This document shows positions 23,154 through 33,311 of a DNA stretch of 64,000 nt, piece by piece. Source of the stretch: Trueperaceae bacterium (lineage in GTDB: Bacteria; Deinococcota; Deinococci; Deinococcales; Trueperaceae); NCBI GenBank assembly GCA_034520945.1, contig JAXHNB010000006.1, forward strand, positions 736,001 through 800,000, in the 5' to 3' direction. The position numbers and the translations under genes are program-made. A model generated the notes under the pieces. The model was not told the DNA's origin, did not search any database, and saw nothing but the letters and a program-made list of their open reading frames with translations. How positions within the stretch are numbered: the first letter of the stretch is position 1; the number at the start of each line of letters is the position of its first letter.

Positions 23154-24764
23154 GTGAATCATCGTGGATACCATCGCGGCCTGGTGCCGGCCGCCATCCT
23201 GCTGGGTTGCACGCTCGTCAGCTTCGCGCTTGCCGAGCGGAACGGGGCGCCCATGGCAGCGCTCGGGACCGTACGCTTCGCCACGTCCTGTACGGACGAG
23301 GCCGACGCGCGGTTCGATCGGGCGCTGGCCCTCTTGCACCACATGATGTATGCGGAGGCCGAGGAGGCGTTTGCCGCGGTCGTCGCCGAGGATCCCGACT
23401 GCGCGATGGCACACTGGGGCATCGCCATGTCTCTGATTCACCCCGTGTGGGCGGGCAGTCCCACGCCGGCGGACATGGCCCGCGGCCGCGAGGCGCTCGC
23501 CCAGGCGCGTGCATCCGACAGCGCCAGCGCCCGCGAGGGCGCCTACCTCGACGCGGCAGGCGCCTTTTTCGACGCGGCCGACGCCGACTACCCCACCCGC
23601 CTGCAGAGCTTGCGCGATGCGATGCGCCGCGTTCACGACGTGTATCCCGACGACGCGGATGCTGCCGCCCTCTACGCCCTCATGCTGGTCGCCACGGCGC
23701 CGGTCGACGACGTCAGCCGAGGCCAGCAGCGGCGCGCCGCCGAGCTTCTCGCCGACGTGCGGCGTCGGATCCCCGATCATCCTGGTTCCATCCACTACGC
23801 GATCCACGCCCACGACTCCCCGGAACTCGCTGCGGAGGGCGAGGAGATCGCGCGCCGGTACGATGCCATCGCACCGGAGGTGCCGCACGCGCTGCACATG
23901 GCCTCGCACATCTTCGTTCGACTCGGCATGTGGTCCGAGTCCGCGCAATGGAACCGGCGTTCTGCGGACGCCGCGCTGGCCCTGTCGGCCGGGGCCCCCA
24001 TCGTGAACCACTATCCGCACGCCATGGACTACTTGGCGTACGCGTATCTGCAGCAGGCGGCGGATGACGACGCGTCGGCCCTGTTCGACGAGCTGCGCGC
24101 GCACGACGCCTACCGCTTCGACTTCGGCGCCGTGCACGCCTTCACTGCAATTCCAGCGCGGCTTGCGCTCGAACGGCAGCGGTGGGCGGAAGCCGCAGCG
24201 TTGCCAATCCGCACGCCCGAGGCCATCGACTGGGACGCGTTCCCCCAGCTCGAGGCGATCACGCATTTTGCGCGCGGCATTGGCGCTGCGCGCAGTGGGA
24301 ACCTCGGGGCCGCACAGGCCTCGCTGGCTTCACTGGAGGCGCTGGGCGCCCAGACCTCGGGCTACTGGTCGCAGCAGGTGAAGCTGCAACGGCTGGCCGT
24401 GTCCGCTTGGATCGCACACGCGCAGGGAGATGACGATCGTGCGGTCCAGGACATGCGCGCTGCGGCCGAGCTCGAAGCCGAGGTGGGCAAGCATCCCGTC
24501 ACGCCGAGCGGCGTCGCCCCGGTGGGCGAGCAGCTGGGCGACCTGTACTGGGCGCTGAATCGGCCCGCCGAAGCGTTGGCTGCCTACGAGGCGGTGTTGC
24601 GCGTCGCGCCCCATCGCCTCAACAGCCTCGCGGGCGCCGTGCGCGCTGCCAGCGCGCTCGGTGACGTCGACCGGGTGGGGCGCCACCGGACACCTCTCCT
24701 CGAGGCGATCGAGGGAGCCGATGGCGATCGCGCGAGGCTTCTCCGCTCCCTGGGCGCATTCTAG
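23154..24764 (+). CDS. Secreted TPR-containing protein of unknown function
   Basis: GGAGG RBS; signal peptide ending FALA; GTVRFATSC, DPDCAMAHWG, HYAIHAHD, PHALHMASHIFVRLG motifs. Confidence 0.75.
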   Translation: MNHRGYHRGLVPAAILLGCTLVSFALAERNGAPMAALGTVRFATSCTDEADARFDRALALLHHMMYAEAEEAFAAVVAEDPDCAMAHWGIAMSLIHPVWAGSPTPADMARGREALAQARASDSASAREGAYLDAAGAFFDAADADYPTRLQSLRDAMRRVHDVYPDDADAAALYALMLVATAPVDDVSRGQQRRAAELLADVRRRIPDHPGSIHYAIHAHDSPELAAEGEEIARRYDAIAPEVPHALHMASHIFVRLGMWSESAQWNRRSADAALALSAGAPIVNHYPHAMDYLAYAYLQQAADDDASALFDELRAHDAYRFDFGAVHAFTAIPARLALERQRWAEAAALPIRTPEAIDWDAFPQLEAITHFARGIGAARSGNLGAAQASLASLEALGAQTSGYWSQQVKLQRLAVSAWIAHAQGDDDRAVQDMRAAAELEAEVGKHPVTPSGVAPVGEQLGDLYWALNRPAEALAAYEAVLRVAPHRLNSLAGAVRAASALGDVDRVGRHRTPLLEAIEGADGDRARLLRSLGAF

Positions 24765-24862
24765 GGTCGGGACCAAGGCTGGCCGGAACGGCCAGCGGCG
24801 AGCCGGTCACGGACCAGCTCCTGGACGGCCTGGGCGAAGCGTATTCGCAGGTTCTGACACGA

Positions 24863-24908
24863 GACGGCTTCCCCTTCGTCGACGTTCGGCTGACGAAGGG
24901 CGGCCGTC
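24863..24908. terminator. Hairpin between convergent genes
   Basis: CCCTTCGTC...GACGAAGGG inverted repeat, extended by GACGGC/GCCGTC; no clear U-tract. Confidence 0.45.
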
Positions 24909-24956
24909 CCTCGCGCAACCGTAGGCCGCTCTAGGCCCGTGACCGTTCGCGCCGCG

Positions 24957-26183
24957 TCAGAAGTAATCGGCCCCGCCCAGAAACGGCGGATGCGACGCCA
25001 CCGTGCCGGCCAGCGGCGCCAGCGCGGCCGGGTCGCCGTCGGCCAGGCCGGCCGCCTGCAGCGCGGCCGGCGGCACGCCCGCCAACACCGCGGCCAGGCC
25101 ACGCACGTCCACCCGCGCCGCGGCCTCCGCCTCCGTGGGCGTCGCCTCGCATCCCTCCGGCCCCACGCGGACGCGCCAGCGTCCCGCGTTCCAGTCGCAG
25201 AAGGAATCGTCGACCTCGATCACGTCGTCCCGCGGTGCCGCGTCGCGCGGTCCGCGAAGGGGTCGCAACGCCGCGGCGACGTCCACGATGCGGGCCTGCA
25301 GGATCGCCCGCGGGGCGGTATGGCGGGGCGCCTCGTCCCGTGCCAGGGGATCGGCGGCGGGCAGATCGATCAGGATGCGGTCCACCTGGCCGCGCCATGC
25401 CCCCAGCAGGTCGAGGACCCGGCGCCGTCCGGCGGCGTCGCGCCACGCGGCGTCGACCACGTGCAGGGTGCCCTCGCTGCCGAATCCGTCCGTGGCCACG
25501 ATGGCGTAGCCGTCGGTGGTGCGGTACGCCAGCGGGCGGGTCGCGCCCTCCGTCGGGGGGTCGAACAGGCCGGTCCACTGCCTGGCGTGGGGCGGCGCCT
25601 CGCCGTCGGGCCGCCAGTCCCGCAGGAACGCGAAGGTGTGGCCCTGCGCGAAGACGTCCCGTACCGCCAGCATCTCGTCGTCCGCGCCGGCACCCACCTC
25701 CTCGAAGGCCGCGCGCTTGGGGTCGCCCGCCACGCGGTCCAGGGGGGCGTGCAACCGCACGCCGGCGGCGACCGACGCGAAGCCGAGAGCACCGTAGAAG
25801 CGCGGGTCGAACGGGTGTTCGAGCGCCAGGCCGACCCCTTGGCTGTGCAGTTCGTGCAACCCGTGCCACAACAGGGCGCGGACGTGTCCCTGGCGGCGGT
25901 GCTCCGGTGCGGACGCCACCCCGCCCAGCGCGCCGGTGACGACCGGGACGCCGCCCACGTACGCCCGGAACGGAAACCAGGTCCCGGTGGCGACCGGCTC
26001 GCCTGCGACGAACGTGCCGCGGGTCCACGGCAGGCGCGCCGCCAAGTTCGCCCGTACCGCGGCGTCGTCCTCGGCCGTGCGCCCCCCGAACGCGCGGTTG
26101 CGAAGTCGGATCCACCGTGCCAGGTGACGGGCGTCCAAGGGCGCCACGCGCGCTTCGGCCTCGCGGCCGGCCCGGGGCCTCAC
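24957..26183 (-). CDS. Eis-like GNAT acetyltransferase with C-terminal SCP2-like domain
   Basis: GGVASAPEHRRQG, HPFDPRFYGALGF, RIVDVAAAL, DSFCDWNAGRW. Confidence 0.88.
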   Translation of the reverse strand: MRPRAGREAEARVAPLDARHLARWIRLRNRAFGGRTAEDDAAVRANLAARLPWTRGTFVAGEPVATGTWFPFRAYVGGVPVVTGALGGVASAPEHRRQGHVRALLWHGLHELHSQGVGLALEHPFDPRFYGALGFASVAAGVRLHAPLDRVAGDPKRAAFEEVGAGADDEMLAVRDVFAQGHTFAFLRDWRPDGEAPPHARQWTGLFDPPTEGATRPLAYRTTDGYAIVATDGFGSEGTLHVVDAAWRDAAGRRRVLDLLGAWRGQVDRILIDLPAADPLARDEAPRHTAPRAILQARIVDVAAALRPLRGPRDAAPRDDVIEVDDSFCDWNAGRWRVRVGPEGCEATPTEAEAAARVDVRGLAAVLAGVPPAALQAAGLADGDPAALAPLAGTVASHPPFLGGADYF

Positions 26184-26650
26184 GCCGGTTCGACCTCGAA
26201 GGGGAGCGGTACGGGTCGCTCGGCGTGCGTGCGAAGCACCATGGTGGTTTCGGTCCGCTCGATCCCCTCCATCATCATCAGGCCGTCCAGGAACTCGTCG
26301 AGCTGTTCCGGGTCGGCGACGCGGACCTTCGCTAGGTAGCTGTACGTGCCGGCGACGGAGTGCAACTCCTGGATCTCGGTCAACGCCAACAGGCGTGCGA
26401 CCAGCGCTCGCGCCTCCGTTCCCGGACGCGGCGCCAACGCCACGAAGGCGCAGATCGGCAGGCCCAGGGCGTCGGGGTTCAGCACGGCACGGGTGCCCTG
26501 GATCACCCCGGCCTGCTCCAACTTGCGGATCCGCTCGCCGACGGCGGGGGCGGACAGGCCGACGCGCTTGGCGACGGAGGCGTGCGCTGCGCGGCCGTGC
26601 TCACGGAGGATCGCCAGGATGTTCTGGTCGATCGCATCGAAACGGGACAT
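26180..26650 (-). CDS. Lrp/AsnC family transcriptional regulator
   Basis: DAIDQNILAILREHGR...VGLSAPAVGERIRKLEQAGVI HTH and AsnC-type C-domain. Confidence 0.92.
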   Translation of the reverse strand: MSRFDAIDQNILAILREHGRAAHASVAKRVGLSAPAVGERIRKLEQAGVIQGTRAVLNPDALGLPICAFVALAPRPGTEARALVARLLALTEIQELHSVAGTYSYLAKVRVADPEQLDEFLDGLMMMEGIERTETTMVLRTHAERPVPLPFEVEPA

Positions 26651-26710
26651 GCCGAACGCTACCACCCTGCCCAGGCCCGCTCGCAGGCGGCCGGCTGATA
26701 CGCTCGGCGG

Positions 26711-27499
26711 GTGCGCGTCCTCTTCGTCGGCGACGTCTTCGCCACTCCAGGGATGAAGGCTGCGCGGTCCTACCTGGACCGCGTACGGCCGGACTACGAC
26801 TTCGTGATCGTCAACGGCGAGAACGCCGCGGGCGGGCGGGGGATCACGCGCAAGCACTACCAGCAGTTGCGCGCCGCCGGTGCGGACGTGGTCACCCTCG
26901 GCAACCACACCTTCGACCAGCCCGAGGTCCACGGCCTGCTGGAGGAGACGCAGCACCTGTTGCGTCCCATGAACTACCCGCCGGGCACGCCGGGCCTGGG
27001 GGCGGCCACGTTCACGGCGGCGGACGGCTCGCGGATCACGGTCGCCCAGGTGATGGGTCGGGTGTTCATGGACCCGCTCGACGACCCGTTTCGGGCGCTC
27101 GACGACCTGATCGATCGATGCCCTGCGGGCGAGGCGCTGGTGTTGGATCTGCACGCCGAGGCGACCAGCGAGAAGAAGGTGCTGCTGCATCACGTCGCCG
27201 GCCGCGTCAGCGCGGCCATCGGGTCCCACACCCACGTCCAGACGGCCGACGAGACCGTGGTGAACGGCACCGCGTACATCACCGACGTCGGCATGACGGG
27301 CGTGCAGCACTCGGCGATCGGCATGGCCTACGAAGAGGTGCACCACCGCTTCACCCGCAAGACCCCCAAGCGCTTCCGGCCGGCCGAAGGGCCCGCCACG
27401 GTGTGCGCGGTGTCGTTCGTGCTGGACGGGGCGCGCGCCCGCAGCGTGGAGCGCTTGAGGTGGACCGCGGAGCAGGCCGCCCAAGACGAGGCGCGGTAG
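26711..27499 (+). CDS. YmdB-like metallophosphoesterase
   Basis: LFVGDV, NGENAAGG, TLGNH, HAEATSEK, GSHTHVQTAD, TDVGMTG. Confidence 0.92.
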   Translation: MRVLFVGDVFATPGMKAARSYLDRVRPDYDFVIVNGENAAGGRGITRKHYQQLRAAGADVVTLGNHTFDQPEVHGLLEETQHLLRPMNYPPGTPGLGAATFTAADGSRITVAQVMGRVFMDPLDDPFRALDDLIDRCPAGEALVLDLHAEATSEKKVLLHHVAGRVSAAIGSHTHVQTADETVVNGTAYITDVGMTGVQHSAIGMAYEEVHHRFTRKTPKRFRPAEGPATVCAVSFVLDGARARSVERLRWTAEQAAQDEAR

Positions 27500-27509
27500 G
27501 ATGCCCGCG

Positions 27510-30275
27510 ATGTCGAGCTCCGAGCCGGGCGTGCAAGGCGCGCCCACCAGCACCGCCGACGACGTCTTCGTTCGCCTGAAGGCCGACGTCGACTACCTTG
27601 GAACCGCCCTGGGCCGCGTCCTGCGCGAGCTGGAGGGCGAGCGGTTCTTCGAGCTCGTCGAGCACGTCCGCACCATCACCAAGCGGATGCGGGCGGGCGC
27701 CCCGAGCGATACGCCGGACGAGGCCGCGCGCGACGAGCTGATCGCCCTGCTCCGCAGCCTGGACACGGGCGAGGCCGAACGGCTGCTCCGCGCGTTCACC
27801 GTGTACTTCCAGCTCATCAACCAGGCCGAGGAGATCCACCGCGTGCGGGTGAACCGCCTGCGGGACGCCTCGTCCAGCGACGCCGAGCCGCGGCCCGAGT
27901 CGATCGCAGACGCCGTCGCCACGCTGCGGGAGGACGGGTGGTCGCGCAGCGAAACCAGGCGTCTGCTGGAGAACCTCGACGTGGGCCTGACGTTGACGGC
28001 GCACCCAACCGAGGTGAAGCGCACCACCATTCGCTTCAAGCTGCAACGGATTTCGGAGGCGCTACGCCAACGCAACGAGCGGGAGCTCTCGCCCCCGCGG
28101 CGTGCGCGCTTGAACGAGGAGATCCACGCCGAGATCGCGACCTTGTGGCAGACCCGCGAGTTGTTCCCCCAGAAGCCCACCGTGCTGGACGAGGTCAAGA
28201 GCGCGCTGTACTACGCGCGCCGGTCGTTGCTCGAGACGCTCCCGAGGGTGATGCAGGACATGGAACGCGCGTTGGACGCCAACTACGGCCCGGCCGACGA
28301 ACCGCCGCTGCCGCCGGTGGTGCGGTTTCGGTCCTGGATCGGCGGGGACCGAGACGGCAACCCCTACGTCACGCCCGAGGTGACCGCAGAGGCGTACCGG
28401 CTGCAGGCCGAACTGGCGTTGGAGGCGTACCGCGCCGACGTCGACGGGCTGATTCAGCGCCTCTCGCTGTGGGGCGAGCGGGTGAGCCTCACCCGGCGCT
28501 TCCGGGAGGACCTCGCCGCCTTGGCCGAGACGCACCCGCCCGTGCAGCGCTTCCAAGGTGAGCCGTACCGTGAGAAGCTCGCCTACGTGCACCGGTTCCT
28601 CGACCACGCGCACGCGCGCCTGGTGGAGGGCACGTCCCGGCAGGGGTACCCCGGAGGCGAGGACGCGTACCCCAATGATCTGTCGCTGATCATGGAGACC
28701 TTGGAGCGGGGCCAAGGGCGCCGCGCCGCCAACGCGTTCGTCCGACCCGCCCTGTACCGGGCGCAGGCGTTCGGGTTCGAGCTGGCGCCGCTCGACATCC
28801 GCGAGCACTCTCGCGTGCATGAGGCCGCGGTGGCGCGGCTGTTGGCGCATGCCGGCGTGTGCGATGACTACGCCTCCCTGCCCGAGGGCGAGCGCGTTCG
28901 GATCCTGGGTGGCGAGTTGGCCGAGCCACGTCCCTTGGCCGCGGCCGGTGCGGACCTGGGCCCCGAGGCCGAGCGGGCGCTGGCCTTCCTCGAGGTCTTC
29001 GGGCAGGTGCAGCGTGACTTCGGGTCGCGTGCGACCGGAAGTTACGTGGTGTCCATGACGGAGGGCGCGTCGGACGTGCTGGAGGTACTCATCCTGGCGA
29101 AGCAGGCCGGTGTGATGGAGTTGGACGCCACGCCGTTGTTCGAGACGCGCGCAGACCTGGACGCGGCGCCCCGCGTGCTGGCCGAGCTGTTCGATCTGCC
29201 CGGCTACGCCGCCCACGTGCGGGCGCGCGGCGTGCAGGAGGTGATGATCGGGTACAGCGACTCCAACAAGGACGCCGGCTTTCTGAGCGCCAATTGGGCG
29301 TTGTACCGGGCGCAGGAGGAGGTGGCGGCCGTGTGTGCGCAGGCGGGCGTGCCGCTGCGCCTGTTTCACGGCCGCGGGACCTCCATCGGCCGGGGCGGCG
29401 GTCCGGCGGGTCGGGCGATCCTGGCGCAGCCGCCTGGCAGCCTGGCGGGCCGGATGCGCATGACGGAACAGGGCGAGGCGCTGGCGGACCGCTACGCCGA
29501 CCCCGACCTGGCGCACCGCCACCTGGAACAGGTGATGCACGCCTTCCTGCTGTCGTCCGCGCGGGACGCGCGCGAGGCGGCCGAGCCCGTCCCCCTCGGG
29601 TACCGCGAGGCCATGGACGTGGCGGCCGAGGCGGGCCAGCGCGCCTACCGCGAGCTGCTGGAGGGCGAAGGGTTCATGCGACTGTACGCGCAGATCACGC
29701 CGATCGAGGAGATCGCGCGTCTGCACGTCGGTTCGCGGCCCGCACGCCGCAAGGGCGACCCGTCGCTCGAGAACCTGCGCGCCATCCCCTGGGTGTTCAG
29801 TTGGACGCAGTGCCGCGCCAACCTGCCCGGCTGGTACGGGCTCGGCAGCGGCTTGGCGGTGCTGGACGAAGGTCAGTCGCGCGAGATGTACCAGCACTGG
29901 CCGTTCTTCCGGGCGGTGATCGACTTCGCGCGGATGAGTCTCGCCAAGAGCGATCTCGGGGTGTTGCGGCGGTACTTCGACCTGGCCGAACCGGCCCTGC
30001 GCCAGCGGTACTGGCCGTGGATCGAGGCGGAGCACGCCCGAAGCGTGGCGGCGGTCTGCGACGCCTCCGGGCAGTCGCTGCACCCCAGTGACGACACCTT
30101 GACACGCGGCATCGCGCTTCGCAATCCGTACGTGGATCCGCTCAGCTACCTGCAGGTCGAACTGTTGGAACGCTTGCGCCGTCTCACCCCCGAGAGCCCC
30201 GACAAACCGGGGGTCGAAGAGGCGGTGCTGGTGAGCCTGCTCGGCATCTCCGCCGGCATGAGGAATACGGGATGA
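27510..30275 (+). CDS. ppc: Phosphoenolpyruvate carboxylase
   Basis: LTAHPTE, SWIGGDRDGNP, QEVMIGYSDSNKDAG, FHGRG, LRAIPWVFSWTQ, C-terminal MRNTG. TAGGAT 7 nt before ATG 27510. Confidence 0.96.
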   Translation: MSSSEPGVQGAPTSTADDVFVRLKADVDYLGTALGRVLRELEGERFFELVEHVRTITKRMRAGAPSDTPDEAARDELIALLRSLDTGEAERLLRAFTVYFQLINQAEEIHRVRVNRLRDASSSDAEPRPESIADAVATLREDGWSRSETRRLLENLDVGLTLTAHPTEVKRTTIRFKLQRISEALRQRNERELSPPRRARLNEEIHAEIATLWQTRELFPQKPTVLDEVKSALYYARRSLLETLPRVMQDMERALDANYGPADEPPLPPVVRFRSWIGGDRDGNPYVTPEVTAEAYRLQAELALEAYRADVDGLIQRLSLWGERVSLTRRFREDLAALAETHPPVQRFQGEPYREKLAYVHRFLDHAHARLVEGTSRQGYPGGEDAYPNDLSLIMETLERGQGRRAANAFVRPALYRAQAFGFELAPLDIREHSRVHEAAVARLLAHAGVCDDYASLPEGERVRILGGELAEPRPLAAAGADLGPEAERALAFLEVFGQVQRDFGSRATGSYVVSMTEGASDVLEVLILAKQAGVMELDATPLFETRADLDAAPRVLAELFDLPGYAAHVRARGVQEVMIGYSDSNKDAGFLSANWALYRAQEEVAAVCAQAGVPLRLFHGRGTSIGRGGGPAGRAILAQPPGSLAGRMRMTEQGEALADRYADPDLAHRHLEQVMHAFLLSSARDAREAAEPVPLGYREAMDVAAEAGQRAYRELLEGEGFMRLYAQITPIEEIARLHVGSRPARRKGDPSLENLRAIPWVFSWTQCRANLPGWYGLGSGLAVLDEGQSREMYQHWPFFRAVIDFARMSLAKSDLGVLRRYFDLAEPALRQRYWPWIEAEHARSVAAVCDASGQSLHPSDDTLTRGIALRNPYVDPLSYLQVELLERLRRLTPESPDKPGVEEAVLVSLLGISAGMRNTG

Positions 30276-30333
30276 CGGACTCTCATGCCGCTCAGAGGTA
30301 CGGTGCGTACGCTATGCGATCGAGGGGAGTGGC

Positions 30334-30984
30334 ATGGATCTGATCCTGAGTGGCGGCCCCATCCTCGCCGCGATCGTGATCGTCTCGTTGTACGCGCTGT
30401 ACGTGTTCCTGGTTCGCTTCTTCAAGCTGTCCAAGGAACGGACGGACTCCGAGCGCCTGATGGCGCGCGTGAACGCGGCGGTACGCGATCGTGATCTCGA
30501 CGCGGCCTTGGCGGCGTGCGAAGCGCACGGCGGGCCCGTGGCGCGGGTGTTGCAGGCGGCGCTGATGCGGCTGCCGTACGGGCGGTCCGCGGTGGAGGCG
30601 GCCTTCCAGGAGGCCAGCCTGGAGGAGGAGCAGCGCCTCAGCCACGGACTCCGGTCCTTGGCGACGGTGGCGCAGATCTCTCCGCTCATGGGGCTCCTCG
30701 GGACCGTGACCGGCATGATCATCGCGTTCGCGGAGATCTCGCAGCAAGGGACCGGCAACCCGGCCGCCCTGGCGGACGGGATCGGGCAGGCCCTCGTCAC
30801 GACGGCCGCAGGCCTGATCGTCGCCATCCCGGCCCTGATCGGGCAGAACGTGCTGAGCAGCCGCGTGGACACGATCCTGATCGAGATCGAGCGTCGACGC
30901 GAGGAATTGATGGGCGAGGTGGTGCAGGCCGTGGCCGTGCGGCGTGACGAGCGTGGACGCGAGGACGTCGCGGAGATGGCGTGA
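30334..30984 (+). CDS. MotA/TolQ/ExbB proton channel
   Basis: SPLMGLLGTVTGMIIAF and GIGQALVTTAAGLIVAIPA. Confidence 0.93.
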   Translation: MDLILSGGPILAAIVIVSLYALYVFLVRFFKLSKERTDSERLMARVNAAVRDRDLDAALAACEAHGGPVARVLQAALMRLPYGRSAVEAAFQEASLEEEQRLSHGLRSLATVAQISPLMGLLGTVTGMIIAFAEISQQGTGNPAALADGIGQALVTTAAGLIVAIPALIGQNVLSSRVDTILIEIERRREELMGEVVQAVAVRRDERGREDVAEMA

Positions 30985-31388
30985 TGCGGGCGCGGCGATC
31001 CCGTCGGTCACGGCTGTCGCCCATCCTCGAACTCACGCCGATGGTCGACGTGATGTTCCTGTTGATCATCTTCTTCATGGTGTCGACCACCTTCATTACC
31101 CTGGAGTCGGGGCTGCCCGTCGACCTTCCGCAGGCGTCCTCCGCGGAGGCCCAGTCGGAGGGGTTGCCGACCGTCACCATCGACGCCAGCGAGCGGATCT
31201 ACCTCGGCGGCGACGAGGTCGACGTGTCGTCGCTGGTCCCCGCGCTGGAGGCGCTGCTGCGCCAACAGGAGCAGGAGGTCGTCATCCTGCGGGCGGATCA
31301 GAGCGTGTCGCACGGGTTGACCGTGCGCGTGATGGACGCCATCAAGCGCGCTGGGGCCGTTCGGGTCGCCATCGCTGCAGGAGGCTGA
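30984..31388 (+). CDS. ExbD/TolR family protein
   Basis: LTPMVDVMFLLIIFFMV with the conserved Asp, VDLPQA, LRADQ. Confidence 0.93.
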   Translation: MRARRSRRSRLSPILELTPMVDVMFLLIIFFMVSTTFITLESGLPVDLPQASSAEAQSEGLPTVTIDASERIYLGGDEVDVSSLVPALEALLRQQEQEVVILRADQSVSHGLTVRVMDAIKRAGAVRVAIAAGG

Positions 31389-31391
31389 ACC

Positions 31392-33293
31392 ATGAGCCGT
31401 TCACCTGCGTGGACCGATCCCGATCGCCGACGGGCGTTCCTGCTGTCGGTGCTGGTCCACGCCTTGGTGTTGTTGGCGCTGGTGTCGTGGGCAAGCCTGG
31501 AACGCCTCGAGACGGAGCCGCCCGAGCAGTTCCTGGTGATCGACGTCGGCACGCCCGCTCCGGCCGAAGCCGAGCGTCCCGCCGCCGCCGACGATGCGCC
31601 GGCCCCCGAGGCCGAATCGCCGAGCGTCGCGGCGGACGCCGCCGGGGAGCCGATCCCGGGCCTGCCCGACCTCGAGACGCGCGGCGACCCGGTGGCGGAA
31701 CCGTCTCCGTCGGTCGAGTCGCCGGCGCCGCCGGCGCCGCCGGCGGAGGCGACGCCCGAACCGCCCAGCGAGGAGCCGGCCGCGGCGCAGGTGCCCCTGC
31801 CGGCCCCGGTCCCGTCGGTGCGGATGCCGGAGGCGGCCGTGCCGGCGCCCGCGCCGGAGGTGACCGCGTCCGTGCCGGAGATCGAGGAGACCGAGCTCTC
31901 GCCGCGTCCCATGAACGAAGCCCTGCCGGTGCCGGAGCCCAGCGCACGCGCGACCAGCGGTGCGGTGGCCGTGCCCAGTGCGGCCCCCGAGGTCACCCAG
32001 GCCGAGACGCGGCCCGTGCCGGCCCCCAGCGCGGCGGTGTCCGCGCCGTCGACCGTTGGGCTGGAGGCGCCCGAGGCCAGCACGGCACGACCGCAGGTGC
32101 GGGAGGTGGAGGTGCCCAGCCCCAACGCTGCCGCGGTCTCGGGCCGAACCGTGCAGGTGCCGGCCGTGCGGCGCGAGTCGGGGCCCGTGCGCGATCTGGG
32201 GGCCGCCCCCACCGCGGGGGTGCGCGCGCTTCGCGCGCTGCCCGAACCGGCCGTACAGGCCGCGGTGCGCGACGCGCCGGAAGACGGCGCGCCCGGCGCG
32301 GCGGCGGACCGCCCCATGCCCGACGCGCCGGCCGGTGGCGATGCCGCCCGTGCCGGCCAACCCGGCAGTGATCCCCAGGCGGCGGCCGACGCGCGTGGGC
32401 TGGCGGGATCGCCGGACGGCGAGGCCGGCGCCGGCGGCACGCCGGCCGTCCCGCCGCCGCCGCTGCGAGAGACCCGCCCCAGACCGTTGGCGGTGATGAT
32501 CGACAACGCGGCCGGCTACCCGCAGGCGGGCCTTCCGGCTGCCAGTTGGATCGCCGAGATGCCCGTGGAGGGCGGCACGACGCGTTTGATGGCGATGTTC
32601 GACGCCGGCGAGCCGGAACGGGTCGGGCCGGTCCGTAGCGCCCGCGACTACTTCGTGGAGGTGGCCGGGCGAAGCGATGCGGTGCTGGTGCACGACGGCG
32701 GGTCGCCGGGCGCGCTGGTCGCCCTGAACGAGGGCGTCGCCCCTTCCATCAACTCCTACGAACGGGGCCGGTTGTTCGAGCGCGCCGCCAACGCCTCGGC
32801 GCCGTACAACCTCTACTCCTCGGGGGCTGCGCTGCGGGAGGCGGTCGTCGATCTGAACATCGACGCGCAACGGTTGTTGTCGGGGTTCCGCCCCGCTCCG
32901 CCGGCGGAGGGCACGCCGTCCGCAACGCGGGTCGACATCGACTGGGGCGGCGCCTACGACAGCGGTTTCAGGTACGTGCCGGCGCAGGACCGCTACCGAT
33001 GGATCCGCAACGGCGAGGACGCCGTCGGCGCGTCCGGCCGGGCGATCCAGGTGGACGCCGTCCTGGTGGCACGGATCGAAACCCGCGTGGTGGATGCCGT
33101 CGGGCGCTTGTACATTCCGGTCAACGGCGGTCCGGCCCAGCTGTACTGGCGCGGCATGGTGCAGGAGGGCAGATGGAGCGTGGACGGGGGCCTGCACTTC
33201 ACCGACCCGAACGGCAACCGGGTCTCGCTGGAGGCGCTGCGCACTTGGGCGTCGTTCGTTCCCCAGGGGCAGTCGGTGACCGTCACGCAGTGA
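31392..33293 (+). CDS. TonB/TolA-like protein: TM helix + long Pro/Ala/Glu linker + C-terminal DUF3048 (YerB-like) domain
   Basis: RRRAFLLSVLVHALVLLAL (S-x3-H helix); ~330 aa Pro-rich region; then RPLAVMIDN...PQAGL...VEGGTTRL...GPVRSAR...HDGGS, recognised as DUF3048. Confidence 0.8.
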   Translation: MSRSPAWTDPDRRRAFLLSVLVHALVLLALVSWASLERLETEPPEQFLVIDVGTPAPAEAERPAAADDAPAPEAESPSVAADAAGEPIPGLPDLETRGDPVAEPSPSVESPAPPAPPAEATPEPPSEEPAAAQVPLPAPVPSVRMPEAAVPAPAPEVTASVPEIEETELSPRPMNEALPVPEPSARATSGAVAVPSAAPEVTQAETRPVPAPSAAVSAPSTVGLEAPEASTARPQVREVEVPSPNAAAVSGRTVQVPAVRRESGPVRDLGAAPTAGVRALRALPEPAVQAAVRDAPEDGAPGAAADRPMPDAPAGGDAARAGQPGSDPQAAADARGLAGSPDGEAGAGGTPAVPPPPLRETRPRPLAVMIDNAAGYPQAGLPAASWIAEMPVEGGTTRLMAMFDAGEPERVGPVRSARDYFVEVAGRSDAVLVHDGGSPGALVALNEGVAPSINSYERGRLFERAANASAPYNLYSSGAALREAVVDLNIDAQRLLSGFRPAPPAEGTPSATRVDIDWGGAYDSGFRYVPAQDRYRWIRNGEDAVGASGRAIQVDAVLVARIETRVVDAVGRLYIPVNGGPAQLYWRGMVQEGRWSVDGGLHFTDPNGNRVSLEALRTWASFVPQGQSVTVTQ

Positions 33294-33311
33294 GCGGCGC
33301 GGCGCGCCGCC

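Noticed and set aside
18076..24930. Integrative island at the tRNA-Leu 3' end
   Set aside because: No integrase, and I found no duplicated tRNA 3' end; the helicase has host-like codon usage.
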